A DNA stretch of 63,810 nucleotides, counting the filler, from Choristocarpus tenellus KU-1152 (lineage: Eukaryota > Protista > Phaeophyceae): the NCBI GenBank assembly GCA_964200185.2. It is 11 parts of 11 records of this genome, joined end to end, with 100 filler letters (N's around TTAATTAATTAA, not from the genome) between each part and the next. Parts side by side here need not be neighbours in the genome. Positions count along the whole stretch, not along the records: positions 1 to 5,041 come from CAXNAD020012074.1; positions 5,142 to 8,788 come from CAXNAD020018753.1; positions 8,889 to 16,747 come from CAXNAD020005482.1; 8 more parts are not named here. One strand, written 5' to 3'. Shown piece by piece: positions 1 through 11,492 of this stretch. Numbering within the stretch: position 1 is the first letter of the stretch; every line of letters starts with the position of its first letter. The notes below the pieces were generated by a model that saw only the letters and a program-made list of their open reading frames with translations, had not been told where the DNA came from and did not search any database. The position numbers were made by a program, and so were the translations under genes.

Positions 1-195
1 GGGTGGGGGGGAGAGATGGGAGGGGGGGGGGGGGGGGGGGGGGGGGGGTTACACCTGGGTGTCCATTTTGACAAAATCGGGACAAATGTATTTACATTAT
101 CCGTCCGAAGTATGTAACCAAATCACCCGAAAATCGCGATATGAAAAATTGACCCCAAATGGACAGCCGCCAACCCCTCCCAGATACTTTGAGCC
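1..195. mobile_element. MITE family A copy (left end truncated by window start)
   Basis: Ends in CCCAGATACTTTGAGCC; internal sequence matches copies at 46840, 49033 and 59972. Confidence 0.8.
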
Positions 196-719
196 ATAAC
201 CAACATCCTCTGCTCTCTCGAGCTGCAACACACAGTTGAAATCTTCTTGACAAACTTCTGCCACCAAACTATTGTGTGCCCACACACACTGCTGATGTGA
301 CAAAACAATGTTTCAACACATTGCTATCTCACATCAGGCACTGAAACTCTTCTTTACACCACACATACAAACTTGTCCGGGCCCCCAAGCACCATGAGCT
401 TGCCCAATATCTTAGTAACCCCCACTGTAACTTTGACCGCTCCCAGTCCTGTTTCAAGGACAGCCAAAGTTGGGATATTGGTGACTTCCCAACTGACTAC
501 ATGGGCCACCCCTGCTATATGAATCCACTAAAATAGAGCCTGTATGTATGAGATTCTTGATAGGATGGATGTTTGTATGATGATATCAACTAGGAGGTTG
601 AATGACAATACCCATTTCATAATGTATTGAGGTGGTATGCTAACATCAGTCAAAATTCTTAATGGTGCTCAGGGGATAAAAGGCCCTCCACCAGGACCTT
701 GTATAATACAACCTTATAC

Positions 720-2870
720 CTGATGCAACCAGGAATGTTCACCTCTGGTGCTAGGAATCCTTGATGATTCCCGTGGGTCTGCTGACCTGTGTCTCTTGAG
801 TTGTGTGCTGCAGCAACATTGCCCTCTACGCTGTACCCTTTTGCAAGAAGATTGGCACCAACAAGGGTGTCACCAGTGTCCATTGGAGATGAAGTTGGAA
901 TCATCATTGTGTGGTCCTTCCTTACTTGATCGTTTGGCGTATTTTCCTGTCTGTTTAGTTTAGTTTTTTCGAGATTCGTTCCTGATGAGCTCGCTCTCTT
1001 CAAAAGACATTGCAGTGCCTGGGCAAGGTCCTCATCAGGTATGCTGGCCGTTGAAGACCATGGACTTGCGCCTGGCAGAGTTGCCGTCTCTTCCCACACA
1101 GCAAACCATGCGAGAGTGATGCAGTGGAAGAGGATCTTCTTACAAACAACAGATGGGCCTTCACGTGTGGCAAGTATCGGCAAGTCCACTGGACCATCAC
1201 TCCGTCTGGCACCATTCAGTTGTGAGCAATTGTTCTCAGCCGAGTCACGAAACGGACCCTCAACTTGGCATCCATTTTGATTCTTGCCTGAGGTTGCGCT
1301 AACCTTGCTTGATCCCTTACAGTCCTTGGCATTCATAAGCGCAGTTAGCACAAGGCCTAACAGGTCCTTCCCAGACGAAGGAATTTCACTGCAATGATTT
1401 TTATCTGCTGGCATTCCAGCTGCCTGCAGAAACTGGGACACCTGTTTGTAGGGATTCCAAGGTAATCAGTGTTAGATAGCAGAATCAAGATGTTGACGCT
1501 ACTCTTAAGAAATCATACCATGAAAGTTCTCTGACAATGGGAAATTGACGTTTATTGCCCTACATTGATTCAATCAAAGAGTGTGAGCTTATTGCGCTAC
1601 AAGGGAACTTTACTGAGGACATTTTCCTCCATGAAGTCAATACTCTTCTTTCCACTCCCCTCTACTCTCGTAAGAGCTTCATCCATCAGCCTTCCACTTT
1701 GTGTATTTTCTCCAGCTACAAGGAGAAATTGTGTTCCACTGTTAATAGTGTACAGAACAGGAAAGTGTGTACACTATACTTCTTTCCCACAAATCACTTC
1801 TTGCTCTAAATATCCCTGGCCTAGAAGGCAGGACAACTGGTTTATGGATTTATTATTTTATGATTAAGGGAACCTGGTTATCATAATCGTTTCTGCCAAT
1901 TCCACATTATTGGTTGAGATTCAACCTGTTGGGAATCCCATTTTAGGATGCCACACCCTTCTCGGCGTAGCATCCTGTCAAGACCCCTTCGAGCTCGAGA
2001 CCCACGAATCATCTTTGTGAGAGTCTCCCATGCCACCCGCCCATGCCTGATCCTGAGTGGAAGGGAAGATCCGGGCACCAGGGACAACCTTTCGCAAGCA
2101 GAAGTAAGTGCCGCCGCCATATCACGATGACACTCCTCTACGCCCAGCTTGTGTTTTGTACTGGAAATAGCAGTAGGACATAGTGGGAGGCACACGCAGG
2201 GCCTTGACGACCGTTCCGCAAAATCAATGGAGCAATCAGGGCGCAGGGGTAGCCCTAGAGCATCCACAATCGTCGCTACTTCACCCTCTCGCACCCATAA
2301 GTGTGCAAGCACTTCCGAGGCAGCAGCAGCAACACGGCAGAGCTTAAGCACTCGTTTTCGGCGCGGTGCTAAGTTTTTGTTATTGGGATAAATATCCAAA
2401 CTTAGAGGAGCCCCTCGCAATTGTATGGAGGGGTCTTCAAAACAGGACAATCCCCAAATGTCCTGCTTACTTCTCTCTCCTTCCAACAACTCTGTTCTCT
2501 CCTCCAGAGAACGAGAAGCAGGTTGAGGAATGGACACTACCTCCTCTGCTTGCATCTCTACTGATTTGACCGGGGAGGGAGGCCTTCCTGATCCATAATT
2601 AGCGCTGTGCATCCGTACAAGTATGAGTCGCCACCATTCCTGCACCAGAGATGCGGCGAGATTGAGAACGGCTCTTCGCTCATTCAACTGCGGGTGGAAG
2701 TCACAACAAGGCACACACCCGCCAGCATGCCTTTGTGGGTCAGTCATCTGTCTCTTAATATGAAGCATACGCTAGTTGAGTATACCACTTACCAAAATAT
2801 CTCGTGATGTGGTCATAACTGAAGGTGAAGCAACGAATGAGTCTGTGGTGGTAAAGATCCTCTGTGACAT
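720..2870 (-). CDS. Spliced gene of unknown function with an IQ-like motif (exons 2870-2793, 2687-1926, 1441-720; 3' end not found)
   Basis: Two long ORFs bounded by AG/GT with matching phase (KWDSQQ|VSQFL); first exon MSQRIF...RDIL|GTAAGT; AASLVQEWWR resembles an IQ motif. Confidence 0.6.
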
Positions 2871-3080
2871 GAACTGATTTGAGATGTGAGAGTGAAGGAA
2901 CAGTTACACATGCGCGCGTCCCTCGGCGCGAGATTCGTTCAACCTTTACCAAATCACCAAATTTGAGATCAGGTTCTGGTGCAAGCAAGGGTCTATGCAC
3001 AGGGTTGACAAGAGAGATAACTACGTGATAGTTGCACATAAGGGAAAGTGCGTCCAGATCTCCATCATCCCTTAAACAGC

Positions 3081-4249
3081 ATGGTGCAACTTTGGAATGG
3101 TTCTCTAAGTCAAGCACTACGTGGGACCATTTTGCTTTGTGCAATGAGTCATGTACGACCATTCAGTTTGTCGATGTCTGGCGGGAGGCCCAGTGCCGTC
3201 CAGGTCTGTACTAACAGGTCCTGCAAAAAGGTATGTAGCACCACTTGATTTACCAGCCCTTCTCTCTTACAAGGATACTCTTACCCTTTGATACTATTTA
3301 TGATACTTTATTTACGGAATCAACCCTTTGTACTCTTGTTCAGGCCGGCTCTCAGGCAACCCTGGAGATGTTCAGGGTAATAGCTCCCGCCGAGGTGGAA
3401 GTGATAGACAGTGGATGCCATGGAAAGTGAGGATAATCATTGGTGGGAGTCGTTAGTTGGCGCCTTAAACCCCTGGACTACACTTTCCTACTTCAATGCA
3501 ATAATGTTACAAGAATGTCTCACCCACACATTCTTCCTTGCAACACCCCTAAAGCGCACCATACACAGCTGATGCTTCTACCTGAATATCACCACCTGAT
3601 GACTTGTAACTCGCCAGCACAGATGTGGCCTGGGACCGAACGTTCACACGGACCCTGCAGACCAAGAATACAACGGAGTGTTAAAACCTGCAACGGTAGC
3701 TGCAATTCTGGAGGTATGCTAAGGACTTCCCTCGCCCAAGCACTGTGCTCTTGCAGAATCGCCAAAGTTCTTCTAAAGTCCGTAACACATACGATTGAAG
3801 CGTGCATTCGTTTCAAGCACGAGCTCAAATTTTTCAGAGGAGGTTAGGGTGTGGCGACAACCTTTGTGGAGTGTACAAATCGACCCCATTATTGACAAGG
3901 AGTGCTCTGAAGTCTGAACTATCCCCGCTCCTTTAAAGATTGACACGGCATATCTATTTACCTTTTTTCTCTTACCTGGTACAGATGCCTACTCGATTAG
4001 GCCAAGGCCAGGGGATACCCATCTCAAGGACACCACTTGATTTGTCTCATTTGTCACAAGGATGGTATCCCTTCTCACCACTCTATCTTACCCCTGCCAA
4101 CCTGCAGATAGACTTTAACGAGCCCATCCCAGATGGCGTGGTGGAGGCTTACATGAGCCTGTTGGAGGGGGATAAGCAATATAGGGATGGAGCATTCGTT
4201 GAGGCCATGAAGAACTATGAATGTGCTGTTGCCACCCAAGCCCTTCAAG
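3081..4249 (+). CDS. Thioredoxin-like [2Fe-2S] ferredoxin + TPR protein, possibly plastid-targeted (exons 3081-3230, 3344-3426, 3623-3713, 4108-4249; later exons unresolved)
   Basis: In-phase GT-AG splicing gives VQVCTNRSCKK...SGCHGKCGLGPNV (four-Cys Trx-like Fe-S motif), then a TPR-like helix LLEGDKQYRDGAFVEAMKNYECAV; N-terminal extension before the domain. Confidence 0.8.
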
Positions 4250-5041
4250 GTCAAGAAAATAGGCATGGGGGAAGTTTCGAGGTTTTGAAGAGGGTTTAGA
4301 GAGATCCATTCAGAGGAGAAATCACAACCATGATTGCTTGTCAAAGCCATTGCCCAATTATCAAAGACAGAGCTGAGAGACAATCCGGCTGGATAGGGAT
4401 GTTGGGGAAAGAGGGAAGGAGGGCAAAGTTGATGGGAGGCTAGCAATCTTTGGGACACGAGAGCTGCTTTGTGGACTTTGCACTTGTTTGTTTGCCCAAC
4501 CACCGAGTTTATGAGCTGTTGGCTAAGAAAGCATTTTCAGTGTTTTCTCCCTGCTTCATGACATGAAAATATTATACCCCTCCAAACCGGGAGCTCCTCA
4601 CTCGTAGACTCCCTCATTTCTACGTGTTGGGTGAGAGATTTGAGGAGGTGGTAACACAAAGGAGAAGTCTGCATTGGACTTACAAGGTGTGTTTCATCGG
4701 CGTGGTGTCACCATGCCCCCTTTTGTCCAAGCATAGGCATAACTTTGATTGTGATGAGATAATGCCATTCCATGGTCGACCTAAATAATTATAGACCTAT
4801 GCACCTGCAATAGATATGGTTTACCAGGAATGGACATTGCTGTCAAGTGCTATTTTAGTCATTATTTCTCTTTGCATCCATCGATCAGGCGTGTTTTGTT
4901 CGTGCACAGGGAAGTATCGCAACAGTCTCTACAACTTATTTCCACTCAGCTGTTTTGAGCACGCCTCTTGATTGAACCTAGATGCACTAGAACCCTGTGT
5001 ATTAGGGCATAACGAGACCTGCCCCCACCCCCCCCCCCCGC

Positions 5042-5141
5042 NNNNNNNNNNNNNNNNNNNNNNNNNNNNNNNNNNNNNNNNNNNNTTAATTAATTAANNN
5101 NNNNNNNNNNNNNNNNNNNNNNNNNNNNNNNNNNNNNNNNN
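5042..5141. other. Artificial contig linker
   Basis: 44N+TTAATTAATTAA+44N, stops in six frames. Confidence 0.98.
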
Positions 5142-6379
5142 ATCTAAAAGCCGCAGGTCCAGTGTGGGATAGTTCAACACATTCTTCCCAATTCATTTTC
5201 TGAGGTCTCAGATTTGACATGTATTTTGGATCGATACGAATTGACCCTATTCTAAACAAACTGCAAACGCCTACGACACCTAAGACCAAGAAAAAACAAA
5301 AACTCAAAACATGGAGAAGACAACCCACGCTTGCCCCTCTGTAGGAATTGTACCTTCCAACGAGTACTCACACCCTGAATGGAAGGGAAGACGATTGTCG
5401 GTACTTGGGAACCTACAACTCAAGCAGGAGTTACAAGGAAACAACCTCCTGGAGCTGGAATTTGCCTTGGGACGAAAGAAGACAAAACGATGGCAGGACC
5501 ACAAGGTCCACAAGAACCAGGTTCGTGGGCTTGGAAACGGAGAAGTACAACAAGAGGCGAAACAAAGGTGGGCGGTTGAAACAACCCTTGCCTCAATTGA
5601 GCCGTTCCTTTGAAAAGAATCTTGAGAAGCACCCTATCCAAGGCCCCAAGGATCTTGACGCTCCCACTGCAAGGTCGACCCGGTCCGCACCAAGTAACCT
5701 CTTCCGTTAGCACTCTCCGTGTTCAACTGCACTAGTGGGAGATCTCTTTTATTTGAGGAACTGCTCTTGTAAGGGACGAGTTTTTTATTGTCGAATAGTT
5801 ACAATTTCCCTCTACAGTATAGTGAAACGGCAGCGGCAATGTACAGTTGGGGTAATAGTGTGGTTTCCTCCAATGGAGCACTCGTCCAGAAATTTCCACC
5901 AATCAATCATGGTGGTGTCGCTCTGTTGAGATTAGGAGTTAGAGACTTCATTCTCAATTCAGCCTCGGTCCTCCCTATTGGATGTCAACATGGGCGAGCA
6001 TCTTACTGTTGTGAAGGGAACGAGGGAAGGTCAGGTCGTGGTCGGCAACGCCTGGGTCATTCCCGTTTGAATATTTGTCTCGTTTTCTTTCCTACCTCTC
6101 TCTGGTTTATCCTCGGTGGGGAAACCCACCTGTCGGATCGGTTTCCACCCCTGGGAAGGTCAGTTCATCTTGAATGCCACTGTGAGGCTTGAGTCTTTCC
6201 TGTCGGAGTTTGACGAGCGTAAGATGTCTGTACACGTTTACGTGGCGGAAGTGAACTCGCAACCGTTCACGGACTCGGAGTCTACTGAATGGTGAGGTGC
6301 AATGCTATGCTTGTTGAAAACATCCCATACCTGTGCAAGCACGTTTTGAACACGTCGCCCAATTTTCGAAACAGGACAA

Positions 6380-8367
6380 CTAATGCCCTATCACAAGCTG
6401 GCAACCTCTGTTGAGTATCCATGAGAAGTGCTTGAAAATGTAGGTACTTGACACATAAGTGCTGATGTAAAGTTTTGCTTCCTTGTAAATCCGAGTGGAA
6501 TGGTCAATATGAGTAGGGTTGCTATGTTCCTTCAGCTGTGCAGTCAGAATGATCCATTGATCTTGTATCCCAAGGTGAATGCGAGGCAAGATTGAAATAT
6601 GCCTCACGACTCAGTACTTGCACCTATTCATGATGGCCACATTTGAGGAGGATAGAGAATCCATATAATGATGGAGTTGAAACACTATCTTCACTTGCAA
6701 ATACTAGGAGAATGTACGAGAACAGGTAAGCCAATCTTTTGTCAGTTCCCCTAGTTGGTACTGTTACCATTACATCTCTTCATGGATATGCCCAGCAATG
6801 GTGTGTTGGGCAAGGATGTAACTCTGACATTACTATATATGGCTCTTTGCAGATGCTGCTGAAAGATGAGAAGTCCGTAGAGCAGCCCCTCGATTTTGCT
6901 CTACCAGCAGCAGTACCCAAGGTGGCAGTGCACACCCACTCAACCATAATCATTAGAACATGCAACCCCACACACCCTCTTATTAATGGTTGACTTCAAT
7001 CCGGGAGCCTCGTTGTTTCTGGAGGCATCTTAGTACTTTCCTCATTTTGCATAGTGTATTGAAGTTCAAATGACCCAGTACACCTGGTTCAGGACCCCAA
7101 GCAATTGTGTCTCTTTTTTCTCTTCTGTATGTTAATATTGATTGTCGATTCAAATTGAAGAACACAAGCCGTATCCCTGTCTTCCCCCATGATAACTAGG
7201 TGGTACCCATCCTTCTGGAAGGGGGACAGCGCCGTTGAAAGGTGTAGTGCAAAATCGAGGCCAAATATGATGTTCTTGCACACTCGATCGTCAGTACTTC
7301 AAAGCGGTGCCTGGACACTTATGCAACGTCAGGCTCTGGACCTACTTCATGTACTAGATTTCAACTAGGTAGACAATCTTACAAGATTCGGTTACAGTGT
7401 TGAGTTTTCATTTGCACACCTCTCTGGACCCACTATGAGCAGTGTTTCTTACCTTGCCATCTACAGTGTACTTGACATGTTCATTTCTCACACATGATAA
7501 CCTCTTTCTTTAACCTGCCACTGGCAACCGTGATAGAGGAAAAGGGTTGGAGAGAGAGGCTCCACATATGCACCGTGTACCCCCTATTCTCACCTCAAAT
7601 GCAAAGGTTACCATCACATGCCAACTTCAAAGCATGCACATTGCCTCCCGGAGCATCCCCTTTGTGCAGTTTGAATTGATTCGACTGACTTCAGACAATT
7701 CCTCACAGAGGGCACAAAATCACGTCCACATGTTATTCCAGATCACACTACATACCCTTATCCCCAACAAACAACCCCTAAACCAAGGCGGCTCCTCGTT
7801 GTTGTGGTCCTTGAGCTCATTTGGAATCTCCCTCACTTGCCTGTAATCATTAACATGATATTCTCAAGCACTGTCTGTATATAGGTTAATACTTTGTAGT
7901 TTAAATTTCAAGAATGAACAAGCACTCTGGAGTAAGGTCATACACACCACAAGGAAGAACAAAATAACCTGGTATGAGACACCTATGATAGGTCTTTGAC
8001 ACACGCTCTTGAAGTGGGGTCAGATGGTGTGATGGTGGGACAGGCACAGCAAGAGGGATAGGTGCTACGGACCCAACTTGATTTGTGATATGATTGATTA
8101 TTGGGGTGCCAAGGAATTTGTGACACGGTGATGAGGAGGGCACATGAAGAAAATGATAACTTGAAATGATGGTAACATAAGACTTGTGGGCACCACAGTA
8201 TCCTATGTAGCCAGTCACTCCCAGGTTGGTATCCAAATCTGAGGCACAGGGTTCCAAACGATCGTCATGTTGGGTCTCAGCTACAACCCTGGTGCAGTTC
8301 TGACCTCACAGAAAGTGACAGTCCCCCCTTCATGGGTTCGATCAAGACCAGTTCTTTATCGTGTAAG
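6380..8367 (+). pseudogene. Unidentified decayed coding sequence (TE or viral relic)
   Basis: Frame from 7901 runs about 155 codons interrupted only by TGA; the same frame at 6380-6650 also has only TGA stops; region is strongly CpG-depleted. Confidence 0.35.
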
Positions 8368-8788
8368 CTAGAAGAAATCAATTAGTTGCCGAGATAGGAG
8401 ACAGACCATGAACCCCACAGTGAAAGTACTTGGTTGTGCTTTGATGACAGCAGCTACAAGGTTGAGAGTATTGACAAAAAAGACTACCTTCTCCATGTGC
8501 AACACATGATAACAAAAATGGGCTTGAAATCCTGGTCCTGAACCTTGATAATGTCAATAGTGCCAGTTCAGGGGCGATGCGTGAGGCCAGAATGTGGGTC
8601 AAGTCTTGGATGACAATGCACAAGTACCCAGACCCTGTGACTACAGTAGCCTGCACATAAATTACAGGGAGTGCAACAAAGCCAGAACATGTAAGCATGT
8701 ATGTTGTCTCTACAACTTAGCACACATTATTCATCACGGTATTGATTTCATGAGTATATATGAGCACTACAACAATACCGGAATACTT

Positions 8789-8888
8789 NNNNNNNNNNNN
8801 NNNNNNNNNNNNNNNNNNNNNNNNNNNNNNNNTTAATTAATTAANNNNNNNNNNNNNNNNNNNNNNNNNNNNNNNNNNNNNNNNNNNN
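8789..8888. other. Artificial contig linker
   Basis: N-TTAATTAATTAA-N. Confidence 0.98.
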
Positions 8889-11492
8889 CACGTGACAGAC
8901 CCCTCCCCATGTGGAACACCGGCTCGGAACTCCCCAATGTAAGAACTGCTACCATCTTTGCTTGTGAGGGTTCCGGTTCCAGAGCGTACGCCCTTGCTGA
9001 AACCTCCAGTGTAACTACGGGCAGACAAGGAAAAAAAAAAATGAGTTGAGAATGGTGAGACACGAATTTCACATTTTTTTTACCCATGAACGGAAAGACT
9101 ACTGCATGATACATACCTTCACATGCTGCATGATACATACCTTCACATGCTGCATGATACATACCTTCACATGCTGCATGATACATACCTTCACATGCTG
9201 CATGATACATACCTCCACACAACATCTTGTTCTTTTTTTGGCATTAGGGTGTGACATCAGGGATAGGGCTAGGGCTAGAAATAAATAACATTATTTCTTT
9301 GAAACAGCGAGCTCAAAGGTGGAAAACAAAGAACCATTCTATCCAAGTTGAATATCCAGCTCCATTCAAGGGGGTGTGAGGTTGGGGCTAGAGGTAGGGC
9401 TAGCGCTGGTTGTGCGTTGTGGGTATTGATGGATATGGATGGCATGCTAATTTATTCACAGAAGAAAGGTATTGATACCAACAGACAGATCCATTGTCTG
9501 CAACAGGCTTCCGGAACTTTCCAGAAAGTACAACTATGATCCAGAACATAGTACTCCGTGGCAGAGCAGTCCAAAGCACAGGAAGAACTGCTCCACAAGA
9601 ACAGTACAAGCCCTGAAAAAAAAACAAACGACTTTGACGTACAGCACTCCATAGTGCAAAGTATAGAAGGAACTACATCACAGTACAGTACTTCACAACA
9701 CACTTCTATCCACAGCACAACACTACAAACCATCAAAATCCAGAGTGCAGTACTTCAACACACATCAATCCGCAGTCACCTGGTCCCATCCTCTTCCAGT
9801 GACTCGCCCTTTCCATTCTGTATCCCACTTTCAAACTGACCCACATAGCGAGAGCCACACATGCTGGTCAGAGTGCCTTGCCCGTGCCAGAGCCCATCTC
9901 GCCACTGATGCAGATCATACCCAAAAACCACAGTAGGACATGAGTGCAGGGGTGGAGGATGTGGGGGGTTGAGAGATTAAAAACTTTGGAGCTTCTACAC
10001 AAAAAACACGATGAGGGCCGCACTTGGGCCCTTCTTATCACCAAAAAATATCAAGGCCACTGTTTAAACGTGTGGCAACATACTATCCATATGTAGTAAA
10101 TTACTACCATATTGCTCTGATGTGTGGAAAATGCCAACATGTCACACTATCAAGTGAAATATATATATATATATATTCCTTTTGTGATTAGAGAACAGTC
10201 CTTGAGTACATATGCAAGTTGTATTATACACACATCAATAAAATGTAGCTACTAGTCACAAACAACAAAAGATCACCCCGGCAAAACAAGGGCATCCATC
10301 ACCATGGCGTGGGATAACCTATTCATTACTCAAACAGCAGAAGACTTTTCTGCACCAATTGTATGCGCAGGTGTTGTATCTGATATGGTACTGTCTTTGA
10401 AAGAGAGAGAGAGAGAGCTTCAATTCATGCCAATAATGCCAAGTACACGGTCATGTGGTCCCAGATGAGAGGTCTTCACATACATGGCCTCAGTGCTGAC
10501 ATATAGGATAATTGCACTGTATTGGCCTCATAACAGTCCGAGTTGTCTCTCGATAAAACAACCAAGCACACACTGCAAGCTGCATTTCTACCAAGGGGAG
10601 AGTCTTTGCACCAGAAGATCAACTATACTCCGACTACTGTGTCAGTAGACCCTATTACCACCGTGTGGTACTAACCTTGCATGATTCCCAACTCCCAACC
10701 ATTATTTTCACTTCCGTTACCATGGCAACAAATAGTTAATATAGCCTAGTAACTCGGTTTCGAAGGACTTGATTGGAGAGAGGAGGTTAGCGTGAATACG
10801 TTCAGAGCAGGCCAGATACCTTGTTTTGTGTCTCTACTTTACAGCCAAAAAGTCCACTACCTCAGATCAATCAGCTTGTACCCTACACCTAACAGAATCC
10901 CCCCTCACATCTACTGAGGTTGCCTCTGAGGGAAAATTTCTAGTACCCCCCAAACCAAATTGAAACCTGAACTCTAACCAATAATTGACAAGTAATTGTA
11001 GCTGCTAGCATGTCATTTAGACTTCGCCGGAGTAATTCCCAACACCTCAGCAAATGCCTCACTCCTCTATATGCATTGCCTTTCCCTTCTGTGTTGATGT
11101 AGTTTGTGCAAACAGCGTCAAAACTCAAAAGCTTGAAGTATCAAACAATTTTGGATACGTTGACCAAATTGTAACTACCACTGACTGCCTAGATGCTACT
11201 TTTAGATCCTTGACATCCACCCCTTCCTCGCCAACTGTACTAGCTGCACCAATAAGATATTCCCACTGAGTTAGTTTCATAATAACTGTTTTAATGTTGG
11301 GTCTTCATGTCACCATTAATACAGACAGCTACGTAGCACTACAGGAAGAGCTCTGAAGCCACAACAGCAACTTCTCACCTGTCCGTGATAGATGTCTCCA
11401 TTAGGGTAGTAAGCGGTGCCGTTTCCATTCCTGATTCCATTTTGTTTGTCCCCCACAAACCACTCCTCACACGTTTCAGGCTCCTTTTTCAC
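8889..11492 (-). CDS. MORN-repeat protein, partial (exons ~11492-11379, 9904-9780, 9014 to contig end)
   Basis: Spliced in phase: WFVGDKQNGIRNGNGTAYYPNGDIYHGQ|WRDGLWHGQGTLTSMCGSRYVGQFESGIQNGKG...|YTGGFSKGVRSGTG...YIGEFRAGVPHGEG. Confidence 0.85.
9103..9218. repeat. Intronic 24-bp tandem repeat (TGCATGATACATACCTTCACATGC, about 4.8 copies)
   Basis: Direct inspection. Confidence 0.95.

Noticed and set aside
3589-3828. Minus-strand exon candidates around 3170-3830
   Set aside because: Overlap the better-supported plus-strand Fe-S/TPR exons
5042-5141. Recurrent TTAATTAATTAA palindrome as a biological motif, or gene clustering across it
   Set aside because: Identical 100-bp N-padded linker occurring ten times; an assembly device
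8330-8352. tRNA T-loop-like GGTTCGATC
   Set aside because: No cloverleaf or A box
7901-8367. Alternative genetic code (TGA=Trp or Sec)
   Set aside because: Would give implausible Trp runs; CGA-to-TGA decay in CpG-depleted DNA explains it
9103-9218. CRISPR-like array or repeat-peptide ORFs
   Set aside because: Head-to-tail repeats without spacers, inside a MORN intron
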